A stretch of 57,798 nt of DNA from a virus. Taxonomy: Duplodnaviria > Caudoviricetes. Positions 8,550-16,185 of this stretch are shown one piece after another. A model generated the notes under the pieces. It worked only from the letters and a program-made list of their open reading frames with translations. It was not told the DNA's origin and did not search any database. Where the stretch lies: positions 1-57,798 of IMG/VR virus record IMGVR_UViG_3300006802_000110; one strand, written 5' to 3'. The position numbers and the translations under genes were made by a program. The first letter of the stretch is position 1. Each line of letters opens with the position of its first letter.

Positions 8550-8819
8550 CTACCACTTTGGTTCTGCTTTTGTCCAATCATCCTTTTTCTTTGGTGCAGG
8601 AGCAGGAGTGGCTGATCCACCCCCCGATCCACCCGCCTTGACGTTATTTTCCAAGTTGATAACAACTGGGGCCGGTGCGGTTGCAGCCGGTGGGGGTGTC
8701 GTATCGTCACTCATAAAGTTTTTTGCTACGATACCTGTAATAGCGGTAATAAGGATACTGATCAATCCAATGATTGCATTACGTAATCCGCCGGAACCAC
8801 CTGAATTTTCTTCTGACAT
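8550..8819 (-). CDS. Single-TM Pro/Gly-rich small protein
   Basis: TM segment followed by a low-complexity tail. Confidence 0.7.
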   Translation of the reverse strand: MSEENSGGSGGLRNAIIGLISILITAITGIVAKNFMSDDTTPPPAATAPAPVVINLENNVKAGGSGGGSATPAPAPKKKDDWTKAEPKW

Positions 8820-8829
8820 ATGTGTTCTC

Positions 8830-9198
8830 CTAATGTTGAATGATTACTGCAACCTTTAACAACCGACCAGTATTGTCCATGAGTACCAAGTCGTATGCTC
8901 CGTTTGGAATATTGGAGTAATCTAATGGAATGGTCATGGTACTGGAGGTTGCGGTAAATCCATAATTGTGTAGAATGGTACCATCAATGTGTGTCAATTG
9001 TAGGCTATACGCTGCTCCAGAGGTCAATGATAATGTGACCGAATATGGGCCTGACGTAATCGGCGATGACACGCTATTGATGTTCATGGTTGTTGATGGG
9101 ATTCCCAAGTCAACTGTTGGTTGTTTGGGGGTCATGGGGCTATCCGATGAACATCCAATGGTGATTACAAGTAACGAGTAGGCTATAAATTTTTTCAT
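8830..9198 (-). CDS. Lipoprotein with C-terminal Ig-like (FlgD/T9SS-CTD-like) fold
   Basis: Lipobox TIGC; tail LDYSNIPNGAYDLVL...KVAVII. Confidence 0.65.
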   Translation of the reverse strand: MKKFIAYSLLVITIGCSSDSPMTPKQPTVDLGIPSTTMNINSVSSPITSGPYSVTLSLTSGAAYSLQLTHIDGTILHNYGFTATSSTMTIPLDYSNIPNGAYDLVLMDNTGRLLKVAVIIQH

Positions 9199-10913
9199 GG
9201 GGTTCCAAAGTAGTTTGCACCAATTAACTTGATGACAGTAGTGTTAAAGTTAATGCCAACTTGATGACCCTTTTCGTTTGTTGCATCCATTGTCGGGTAA
9301 ATCTGAACTGATGTACTTAAATCTACCCCCGATTGTACTGGTGAAAAATATAATTTAAACGGAACCAGTTCGGTACCACGTAAGACGTTCTTTAGATCAC
9401 GATCAACTGCACCAAACCGAATTACGCCGTCTGCGCTCGTGTTGACAAATGATATCCAACTTGGCGTATTTACTTCTATTTTCTCAAATTTTACTTTAGT
9501 TACATCGTATTTGATTTCGAATTGTAATCCGGTAAGATATACGTTCTTTGTATCAACAGTAAAAGGAATGGTGATGTTGTCGTTCGTCACTACAACGTTT
9601 TTGAGGGTAACATCAATACTACTTTCTCCCGGCACCACAAAATCACCCATTACAATACTTGCGGCCGGTTGTTGGTCTGTGACCAGTGACGAGTGTGAAA
9701 GATTTACGTCACCTTTCAACACATACTTTAGAATTATATTCTGGTCCGTGGTTGTTGTTTTTAGTTGTACGTGATATGGGTTGGCGTATGACTTCCACGT
9801 GGTAAATCCAAGAGTGTCATATGTCTCTCCACGTAAGGTGGGAATGCTGACGTAGCAGCCTTCTCCGCACTCCACCGGCGGTCTGACGATGGTATCCAAT
9901 CCGACTACTGCGTTAAACAGCTTTTGTACGTCACCACCATCAAATTGACCATTGTTATTGACATCGGCTGCCCAGTATTTAATACCCTTGTCAATGTTTT
10001 CGTTCTTGTAGGTTTGATCAAGATTTTGTGTGATGAACTCTTGAACTGCGGTAGTATAGTCGGATATTGTGACTGATGATCGGCTTAATGCAGCCACACT
10101 ATCTGCTGGAATCATTAACCGCAATCGATACCACGAATTTTGTTGAAGTTGTTGTGCAAATCCAAATGATCCGTTTCCACCCACGCCAGTATTCGCTACT
10201 TCGGTGGGTGATACTGCGGTATCCGTCACCGATAACCGCATCATTGACTGTAGGTTTGTGGAAACATTGGTACCGTGCTTGACTTGACCAGACACAAGAT
10301 TGTTGGAGCCGGGGGCGAGTTCAATCCACACGCCCTTTGGTCCCACATTTTGCGTGTTTGTCATGGTGTTGCCCACGGCATCATATCCAACACCAAAGTT
10401 CATGTACACAGAGTCATACGGGAACCCTGCCGTGGTGTTTGTGATTTTAAATCGTAGTTTAATATAGGTTGCTTGTTCGAGGTTGGCAGAATTGGCAACG
10501 TTTACCATGATTCTATTGATAGCATGATAGGGAACCGTGGTCGCATTGCAGGTATACGAAGCTTGCATCCAGTTCGTATATCCATTTGTTGTGGTATTTT
10601 GTGTGGTTCTGTTGAATTTACAATTTGGATAATAGTTGTTGACCGTATTAAACGATGCGTTTGCGGGAATGCCGGGACCGCGATCAATACTGATAAGTTG
10701 GATTGCGTCTTTTTGATGTTGAAAATCAAAGTATACGGAACGAATATTGGTAAAGTTGGGATTGAGTTTGACTTCCATTTCTACCGTATCGTTTTTTGCA
10801 ATTGCACCTCCATGAATATCGGTTGTAACGACATTACTCCCCCACCAAAGGGCGGCTTGCGCTTCTGCTTTTACTGGTAAGAGTAAAAGTAACGCAATAA
10901 GAATTTTTTTCAT
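9195..10913 (-). CDS. Secreted cohesin/dockerin-domain protein
   Basis: Signal peptide; dockerin Ca-binding loops AADVNNNGQFDGGD and KGDVNLSHS; C-terminal cohesin (GLQFEIKYD...VKFEKI...IRFG); N-terminal cohesin-like domain. Confidence 0.75.
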   Translation of the reverse strand: MKKILIALLLLLPVKAEAQAALWWGSNVVTTDIHGGAIAKNDTVEMEVKLNPNFTNIRSVYFDFQHQKDAIQLISIDRGPGIPANASFNTVNNYYPNCKFNRTTQNTTTNGYTNWMQASYTCNATTVPYHAINRIMVNVANSANLEQATYIKLRFKITNTTAGFPYDSVYMNFGVGYDAVGNTMTNTQNVGPKGVWIELAPGSNNLVSGQVKHGTNVSTNLQSMMRLSVTDTAVSPTEVANTGVGGNGSFGFAQQLQQNSWYRLRLMIPADSVAALSRSSVTISDYTTAVQEFITQNLDQTYKNENIDKGIKYWAADVNNNGQFDGGDVQKLFNAVVGLDTIVRPPVECGEGCYVSIPTLRGETYDTLGFTTWKSYANPYHVQLKTTTTDQNIILKYVLKGDVNLSHSSLVTDQQPAASIVMGDFVVPGESSIDVTLKNVVVTNDNITIPFTVDTKNVYLTGLQFEIKYDVTKVKFEKIEVNTPSWISFVNTSADGVIRFGAVDRDLKNVLRGTELVPFKLYFSPVQSGVDLSTSVQIYPTMDATNEKGHQVGINFNTTVIKLIGANYFGTP

Positions 10914-10914
10914 A

Positions 10915-11400
10915 TCACTCCGTTAGTTTGTTAATGAGGCTCCCACACGCTTTTTTGAGGGCGTTGGAAAGACTGGTTTGGTTGAATTTACCACCTTCAT
11001 CAATTAGCAAGGTAGACATAGAAATTTCAGAAGAACTTTCTTCTACAACCACGGGTTTCCCCTTCTTACCATTAACAACCATTGTTCCACGCAACCGAAT
11101 AACCACTGTTTCTGCGTTTGAATGGAACACGGAAATGTTTCGTTTTGTTGTTAGTGCATCCAAAAAAATGATTTCGACTTGCAATCGGTTTGGAGATGAT
11201 GGATCAAGTGTGTATTCTTTTTCGGACAAAAATTCTTCCAGAATGTTCTTGACCCCAAATTCCAATCCGCGATTTCCTGCTACGGGACCAATCTGAACTA
11301 GATTGGTCACTTTTTCAACTGATATTGTGTTATCTTGTGCACGTGCGGGTGTAACCATTACCAGTGTTATGCACACTAGGGCAATAAAAAGGTTCCTCAT
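10915..11400 (-). CDS. Secreted CsgG/LptE-like protein, paralog of 7476-8189
   Basis: Shared motifs GVKNILEE vs GVTNIIVE and KFNQTSLSNALKKA vs KFNQSTIGTTTKKA. Confidence 0.6.
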   Translation of the reverse strand: MRNLFIALVCITLVMVTPARAQDNTISVEKVTNLVQIGPVAGNRGLEFGVKNILEEFLSEKEYTLDPSSPNRLQVEIIFLDALTTKRNISVFHSNAETVVIRLRGTMVVNGKKGKPVVVEESSSEISMSTLLIDEGGKFNQTSLSNALKKACGSLINKLTE

Positions 11401-11462
11401 AAAATCTCCGATAGTAACGTAGACTTTACTAGAACCTTACTTTTTGCTATCAGTAATCAATT

Positions 11463-12062
11463 TTATGCAAGAACTGAATGGAATTCCTTGAAGTGCTTGA
11501 TGCGGTCTGGAAGTCCGATGGTACCACCGTTGACTTTCTTGGTGATTGCGGTGACATCTACATCGGTTGCGCCCTTGTCGGCCAGAGCGTTCAATCCACG
11601 AGAGTTCCAGAACCATGCTGCGGAGAGAAGTGGATATTTTGTTGCTACCAAATCGGGGGTGTCCACGATGCTTTCAGGAACAACCTTGTCAAATGCTACG
11701 TAGTTGTCCTTACCCGTTAATTGGATATATCCCCGACCACGATACTTGAATCCTTCGCCCGAAGCTTCTGGCCCGTTGCCCATCCGACCACCATAGACTA
11801 AGTTGGCAATCTTTTCGGGTTTCCGTGCATATTCATTTGCCTTTGCTTCGGTAGGGAAATATTTCTTAAAAATACTCAACAATCCTTGTGCGCCATAGTT
11901 CAAATTTTCGTTGACTGCCTTGAAGTTTCCACTTTCATGACCACATTGTGCAAGGAAGTGTGCAAGGCGAAGGGGGGTGTTGATTTGGAACTTTTCCATG
12001 ACGCCGGGAATTTGAGCGATAACTGCATCTGGTACGTGTCCCTTCAACTTATTGATATCCAT
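11463..12062 (-). CDS. Glycoside hydrolase family 19 endolysin
   Basis: HFLAQCGHES, ENLNY, YRGRGYIQLTGKDNY, SAAWFW, TKKVNGG. Confidence 0.95.
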   Translation of the reverse strand: MDINKLKGHVPDAVIAQIPGVMEKFQINTPLRLAHFLAQCGHESGNFKAVNENLNYGAQGLLSIFKKYFPTEAKANEYARKPEKIANLVYGGRMGNGPEASGEGFKYRGRGYIQLTGKDNYVAFDKVVPESIVDTPDLVATKYPLLSAAWFWNSRGLNALADKGATDVDVTAITKKVNGGTIGLPDRIKHFKEFHSVLA

Positions 12063-12078
12063 GATCCTCTCCAATTAG

Positions 12079-12723
12079 TTAGCGATTAAAACGAAACCCA
12101 CTAATTTTTGTAACGCTATCTAATGAAACTCGGTGCAGTTCAAACGATGCACTTCTTTGCGAGACGTTCGGAAACACATATGCTTCAGTGGTGTTGGAAA
12201 ACTGTAACACTTTCCAACAATGTGTGGGAATCGCAACCCGTTTAATCTTTCCAGCATCTCCAACGCATCCCGCACGAATATGAACGGAGTCTTTTTCAAG
12301 AGCCAATGCCCGTGTTCTGTCCTCCAACATCTTCCATTGACCACGATTCAGACCGGGGTATTGTGGCGCCATATTGGTAAAGTAGAAACTTTCATCCATG
12401 TCGGATTGGTTGCAACGTGCGTCTGCTGCGGGAGAAATATGCCCTCTGTCAAATCCCGATCCCTTGTAATCGTCATCGATGTTACTTGCATCCGGTATTT
12501 TGGGGTCAGGAAGAAACTTGTCACCACGTTTTGCGCCGACACTGCACGTTAATTCACGTTTCGTGGTAGACCATTCAACCAACACGGGATATCGCTTACT
12601 GACCGAAAATACTGTCGTATAGTTGTGATGTACTATCCGTACCGTATCCTGTGCGAATATGAATGATGGTGAGAGAATTAGTATCAGCCACGTTAACAGT
12701 ACCGCGGGCTTCCTATAATTCAT
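12079..12723 (-). CDS. Secreted DNA/RNA non-specific endonuclease (NucA/EndoG family)
   Basis: DRGH active-site motif, FYFTNMAPQ, LNRGQW; signal peptide. Confidence 0.92.
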   Translation of the reverse strand: MNYRKPAVLLTWLILILSPSFIFAQDTVRIVHHNYTTVFSVSKRYPVLVEWSTTKRELTCSVGAKRGDKFLPDPKIPDASNIDDDYKGSGFDRGHISPAADARCNQSDMDESFYFTNMAPQYPGLNRGQWKMLEDRTRALALEKDSVHIRAGCVGDAGKIKRVAIPTHCWKVLQFSNTTEAYVFPNVSQRSASFELHRVSLDSVTKISGFRFNR

Positions 12724-12842
12724 ATTAATCTCTATGGGGGTATAATAAAAAATAGGTTTCGTTCGTGTAGACACAAAACCTATCTCGTATATAAGTAGTG
12801 TTTTTGTTTCGTTTTCGTTCACATAATATTATCGTTAAAAAA

Positions 12843-12916
12843 TCGTCCCTCCTTGATTCGAACAAGGCGCCTCAGTCTTATCAGGACTGCGCTCTAACCA
12901 AATGAGCTAAGGGACG
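12843..12916 (-). tRNA. tRNA-Ile(GAT)
   Basis: CGTCCCT/AGGGACG+A; CAGTC-CTGATAA-GACTG. Confidence 0.95.
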
Positions 12917-12918
12917 TA

Positions 12919-13000
12919 TGGGAGCAGAAGGACTCGAACCTCCGAAGCCGTGAGGCGGTTGATTTACAGTCAACAGCAATTGCCGCTATGCGATACTCCC
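12919..13000 (-). tRNA. tRNA-Tyr(GTA)
   Basis: GGGAGTA/TGCTCCC+A; GTTGA-CTGTAAA-TCAAC; long variable arm. Confidence 0.95.
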
Positions 13001-13248
13001 TAACTATTACTTTTTTTTGTCCACAGATAATCAAGAATGAAGTACCACACACCATTAATACATGGTTCAATCAATGCATCTGCTGCAGCCAATCCCCAAT
13101 CCGCACCAGTGATCAGGGTATTAGAGGTCATCGCAATTATGATGTGACCGATGGTGTAAATAATGGTACGCACAATTCGCGCATCATTTCCTACACTAAA
13201 AATTTGTTTAACGACTCTAAACACACCGTGTGTAAATTCTGTGATCAT
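13000..13248 (-). CDS. Small membrane protein (DUF2061-like)
   Basis: TIIYTIGHIIIA...ITGA...ALIEP..NGVWYFILD..W pattern. Confidence 0.65.
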   Translation of the reverse strand: MITEFTHGVFRVVKQIFSVGNDARIVRTIIYTIGHIIIAMTSNTLITGADWGLAAADALIEPCINGVWYFILDYLWTKKSNS

Positions 13249-13290
13249 ATAAACCCCTGAGTAGCGGGGGCGGGACTCGAACCCGCGACC
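13245..13290. repeat. Direct repeat, copy 1 (tRNA 3' half plus RBS/start)
   Basis: Matches 14370-14416 except for one substitution and one indel. Confidence 0.9.
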
Positions 13291-13334
13291 CGCGGAACCA
13301 CAATCCGCTGCTCTGCCAACTGAGCTATGTCAGC
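13262..13334 (-). pseudogene. Chimeric tRNA-His(GTG) carrying the tRNA-Met 3' half
   Basis: Intact D arm and anticodon arm GCGGA-TTGTGGT-TCCGC. The 5' strand GCTGACA cannot pair with the 3' strand CCCCGCT, and no G-1 is encoded. Confidence 0.8.
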
Positions 13335-13336
13335 AA

Positions 13337-14140
13337 CTACAACTTTAGTTTCTTACCGATTTTCTTCATTTCCTTACCTGCACGTTTACCTGTATTTTCT
13401 ATTGCCTTACCCGTGTCTTTGGCGGTATCTACTACATTATTTACCGTCTTTTCAGTTTCTTTTGCCACGGTGTTTGCGGTATCAACCACGACAGTTTGCA
13501 CAGGTTTTGTATCCACACTTACCGATGCATCCACATCCACACCCATTAGTAGAGCCAGTTCACCATCCACACCCACGGTGGCAACACCATTATCCATAGT
13601 GGCACCACCACCAACTTCGGCACCCACTTGCGCACCAACAGATACTCCTGCTCCTGCTTGCGCTCCGTTACCATGTTCATCATAGGTGCTATTGGATACT
13701 CCCACTCCAACAGATGCTCCTGCTATGGCACCAGCATGCCCTTCGGCGCCATCCATTCCAACTTGACCGCTGGCACCCACATAAGCTTTGGCTTCTGCTC
13801 CTGCGGTTACTTGTGTGGTGTTGGTTACACCACCATATTGTACTGAATTGGATGCACCCACTTCAGTTGATGCTCCCACTTCTGCGTGTGTGTCCACGGT
13901 GGCGTTTCTACCATCCCATCCAGCTGAAGTTGTTGCTTCGGCATGAACTTCTGCGTCAGCATGAGCTTCTTGGGAGATGGTGACATCACCAACTTGATTG
14001 GAGTTTTCTACACCAACGTGAACTTCTGCTCCTGCTTCCACACCTGCACTAACTGATGTGTTGGTGACTTCCGTACCCGCGGATGCTCCTACTGATGCTC
14101 CAGCATTTTCGTTTCCTACCGACTTGTTTACTTCTGTCAT
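13337..14140 (-). CDS. Gly/Ala/Val-rich beta-repeat protein with C-terminal amphipathic helix
   Basis: Recurrent A-x-A-G-A-x-V-G strands; Lys-rich helical tail. Confidence 0.8.
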   Translation of the reverse strand: MTEVNKSVGNENAGASVGASAGTEVTNTSVSAGVEAGAEVHVGVENSNQVGDVTISQEAHADAEVHAEATTSAGWDGRNATVDTHAEVGASTEVGASNSVQYGGVTNTTQVTAGAEAKAYVGASGQVGMDGAEGHAGAIAGASVGVGVSNSTYDEHGNGAQAGAGVSVGAQVGAEVGGGATMDNGVATVGVDGELALLMGVDVDASVSVDTKPVQTVVVDTANTVAKETEKTVNNVVDTAKDTGKAIENTGKRAGKEMKKIGKKLKL

Positions 14141-14373
14141 GATGATTCTCCGTCTGGTGATGTTTTATTTCCTGTGTGGAACCAGTAATCCACAACCTTT
14201 CCGAAATTACCAATCAAGGCACCAAACAGAAGAAGTAGAAGTTCTTTCCATTCACCTTGTAAACTCACTCCATTAAACATGGCAACGCTGATGGAATGAA
14301 TGGTCAACAAAAAACTTAACACGATAACAATACTTAAAACTATTCTGTGGCGTGTTTCTGTAAGAATTTTCAT
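14137..14373 (-). CDS. Two-TM small membrane protein (holin-like)
   Basis: Two TM segments ending GALIGNFGKVVDYWF; overlaps the next gene by ATGA. Confidence 0.6.
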   Translation of the reverse strand: MKILTETRHRIVLSIVIVLSFLLTIHSISVAMFNGVSLQGEWKELLLLLFGALIGNFGKVVDYWFHTGNKTSPDGESS

Positions 14374-14416
14374 ATAAACCCCCTGAATAGCGGGGGCGGG
14401 ACTCGAACCCGCGACC
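14370..14416. repeat. Direct repeat, copy 2
   Basis: TCATATAAACCCCCTGAATAGCGGGGGCGGGACTCGAACCCGCGACC. Confidence 0.9.
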
Positions 14417-14461
14417 TCCGCATTATGAGTGCGGCGCTCTGACCGGCTGAGCTACCCTGCC
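14388..14461 (-). tRNA. tRNA-Met(CAT), elongator type
   Basis: GGCAGGG/CCCCGCT+A; CCGCA-CTCATAA-TGCGG; lacks the initiator GGG/CCC anticodon-stem motif. Confidence 0.85.
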
Positions 14462-14466
14462 GTAAT

Positions 14467-14793
14467 TTAAAATCCCCGATATGCAGCAATGGAAACAATT
14501 TTGTCATTCTCAACAACAATGACATCAATAACAGAAATGGATTTACCGTCAAGCAATACGATTATTTCGTTAAAATGCTTTCCGTCCTGTGATTGCGAGT
14601 GGCTTTTTGTCAAAATATTTACATTGGTAAACGAATTGAATAATTCTTCATTTGCCTCCAACACTTCTTTTTTACCCAAGTAAATTTTTTCTCCCCACTC
14701 CCACAATACTACGGCGTCATCATATAGTTCTGATAACGTTGTTAGATTTTTTTGAGAAAATGCTTCAAAATATTTTTTAATAGTTTCTGGCAT
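14467..14793 (-). CDS. SnoaL/NTF2-like protein
   Basis: YFEAFSQKNL..LSELYDDAVVLWEW...G...VDVI-like/KIVSIAAY pattern. Confidence 0.8.
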   Translation of the reverse strand: MPETIKKYFEAFSQKNLTTLSELYDDAVVLWEWGEKIYLGKKEVLEANEELFNSFTNVNILTKSHSQSQDGKHFNEIIVLLDGKSISVIDVIVVENDKIVSIAAYRGF

Positions 14794-14817
14794 CACGTAT
14801 CCCTTGAAAATGTTCAG

Positions 14818-14889
14818 AGCGGGAGATGGGATTTGAACCCACGACAACTTGCTTGGCAAGCAAGTACTCTACCCCTGAGCTACTCCCGC
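14818..14889 (-). tRNA. tRNA-Gly(GCC)
   Basis: GCGGGAG/CTCCCGC+T; CTTGC-TTGCCAA-GCAAG. Confidence 0.95.
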
Positions 14890-14894
14890 AAGTA

Positions 14895-15233
14895 TTATAT
14901 CAATTTCCATTCCACATTACGTTCGTCGTTGTACGCGTCATATTCCATTTCAATTTTATTTTTCTTGAATCCGGCCTTGATTGCCTGTCCGAAATAGACG
15001 AACAGATATTTCCATCCTAGTTCCCGCGCCTGATGTACGTGGACGGCTTCGTGGCCGATGATGTCGGGATTTCGACGAAGTGCGTCACCAATCTTTCGTT
15101 TGAGCCGCACGGTTCGCTTAGATAACGTGATCCCACCGACTCCATTCAACAACCACAACCACCACACCTCGTCCTTCAGCGTGAATTGAAACGTTTCTCC
15201 AAGATAGGTTGCTTCCACTTTCCACTTGGCCAT
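14895..15233 (-). CDS. Zincin-like HExxH protein (DUF4157-like)
   Basis: GHEAVHVHQ...EMEYDAY. Confidence 0.7.
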   Translation of the reverse strand: MAKWKVEATYLGETFQFTLKDEVWWLWLLNGVGGITLSKRTVRLKRKIGDALRRNPDIIGHEAVHVHQARELGWKYLFVYFGQAIKAGFKKNKIEMEYDAYNDERNVEWKLI

Positions 15234-15242
15234 ATAACTCTC

Positions 15243-15701
15243 CTATTCTTCGTGCGCAACGTCTAGTTGTACGAATCCCAAATCAATATTTAAATATCCC
15301 TGCGCCTTGAGTTTTGCTTGAATGATATCAGCTGCGAGGGGGACGATAATCTTTTCTAGGTTGGTGACAAGGGTTTCTTCGATGTCCTCACAGATTTTCA
15401 TGTCACGATCTGTACGGGACAAGGTTTCTGCCCACCCGGCCAACGGCCAAACAATGCAGTGCATCATCTCATGAATTGCGGTAGAAACAATATCGTTATA
15501 CCCCAGCCCCTTCAAGTCGTTCAGGTTAATTCGAATAACGGCTTCTTTGTATTCGGGCGATGCTTCACAATCTGCGGTGTCACGCATCCTAGTGGAATAT
15601 CGAACAATCAGTTTCCAATCTTGAAGGCCAAGAAGTGGTTGCATGATTTGAACGGTTTTGGCAAATAACACTTTTTTGGTGATACGCTTTTTCCGCGGCA
15701 T
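15243..15701 (-). CDS. HExxH metallopeptidase-like protein
   Basis: LGLQDW...AIHEMMHC...EE. Confidence 0.65.
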   Translation of the reverse strand: MPRKKRITKKVLFAKTVQIMQPLLGLQDWKLIVRYSTRMRDTADCEASPEYKEAVIRINLNDLKGLGYNDIVSTAIHEMMHCIVWPLAGWAETLSRTDRDMKICEDIEETLVTNLEKIIVPLAADIIQAKLKAQGYLNIDLGFVQLDVAHEE

Positions 15702-15723
15702 GACAATCTCCTTGAAAGGTAAA

Positions 15724-15803
15724 TGCGCTCGGAGGGACTCGAACCCCCACTCCAGAGGAACTGCATCCTAAGTGCAGCGCGGCTGCCGTTACGCCACGAG
15801 CGC
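15724..15803 (-). tRNA. tRNA-Leu(TAG)
   Basis: GCGCTCG/CGAGCGC+A; CTGCA-CTTAGGA-TGCAG; variable arm. Confidence 0.95.
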
Positions 15804-15808
15804 ATAAT

Positions 15809-16027
15809 TTAGTCTAATGGTTCTATTGCATCTAAAAACTTTTCAATACGCGTTTGTACTTCTGGAGAACTTTGTTGTGCAATATGTATCAAGTACATTT
15901 CTATTTGCCATGCACGTTGAAACAGTTGTCTATTATACCGTTGTATCTTATTGATATGTCGGTATATAATATATAGGGCACCGACAACACCAATACCCAT
16001 AAATACCCATAATCCAGAAAATGTCAT
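15809..16027 (-). CDS. Small membrane-anchored protein
   Basis: AGGAG RBS before MTFSGLW; N-terminal TM segment. Confidence 0.7.
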   Translation of the reverse strand: MTFSGLWVFMGIGVVGALYIIYRHINKIQRYNRQLFQRAWQIEMYLIHIAQQSSPEVQTRIEKFLDAIEPLD

Positions 16028-16055
16028 ATAACTCCTTTGTTCGAACATCCTATAT

Positions 16056-16084
16056 ATAGTAGGTACCCCGCGTCTTTTTGTCAA
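16056..16084 (-). promoter_or_regulatory. Sigma70-type promoter (leftward)
   Basis: TTGACA-N17-TACTAT. Confidence 0.85.
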
Positions 16085-16129
16085 GTTCTATAATTTTATT
16101 ATTTGTTAAATATTATATATTGTGTGGGG

Positions 16130-16158
16130 TTGACTTTTTTGAGCTCATGTGATACTAT
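16130..16158 (+). promoter_or_regulatory. Sigma70-type promoter (rightward)
   Basis: TTGACT-N17-TACTAT. Confidence 0.85.
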
Positions 16159-16185
16159 ATATGGACATTCCAAATGGGAGCGAAT

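Noticed and set aside
6138-14140. Canonical curli (csgBAC/DEFG) operon
   Set aside because: No curlin Q-x-G-x-x-N repeats and no recognisable CsgE or CsgF; only CsgG-like folds are present
13245-14416. Integrase-mediated attL/attR element
   Set aside because: No integrase in the window, and the repeat extends past the tRNA into the RBS and ATG; homologous recombination is a simpler explanation
14370-14859. ORFs or N-terminal extensions running through tRNA genes (also 3248-3295 and 15608-15805)
   Set aside because: They overlap well-formed tRNAs, and better starts with an RBS lie downstream
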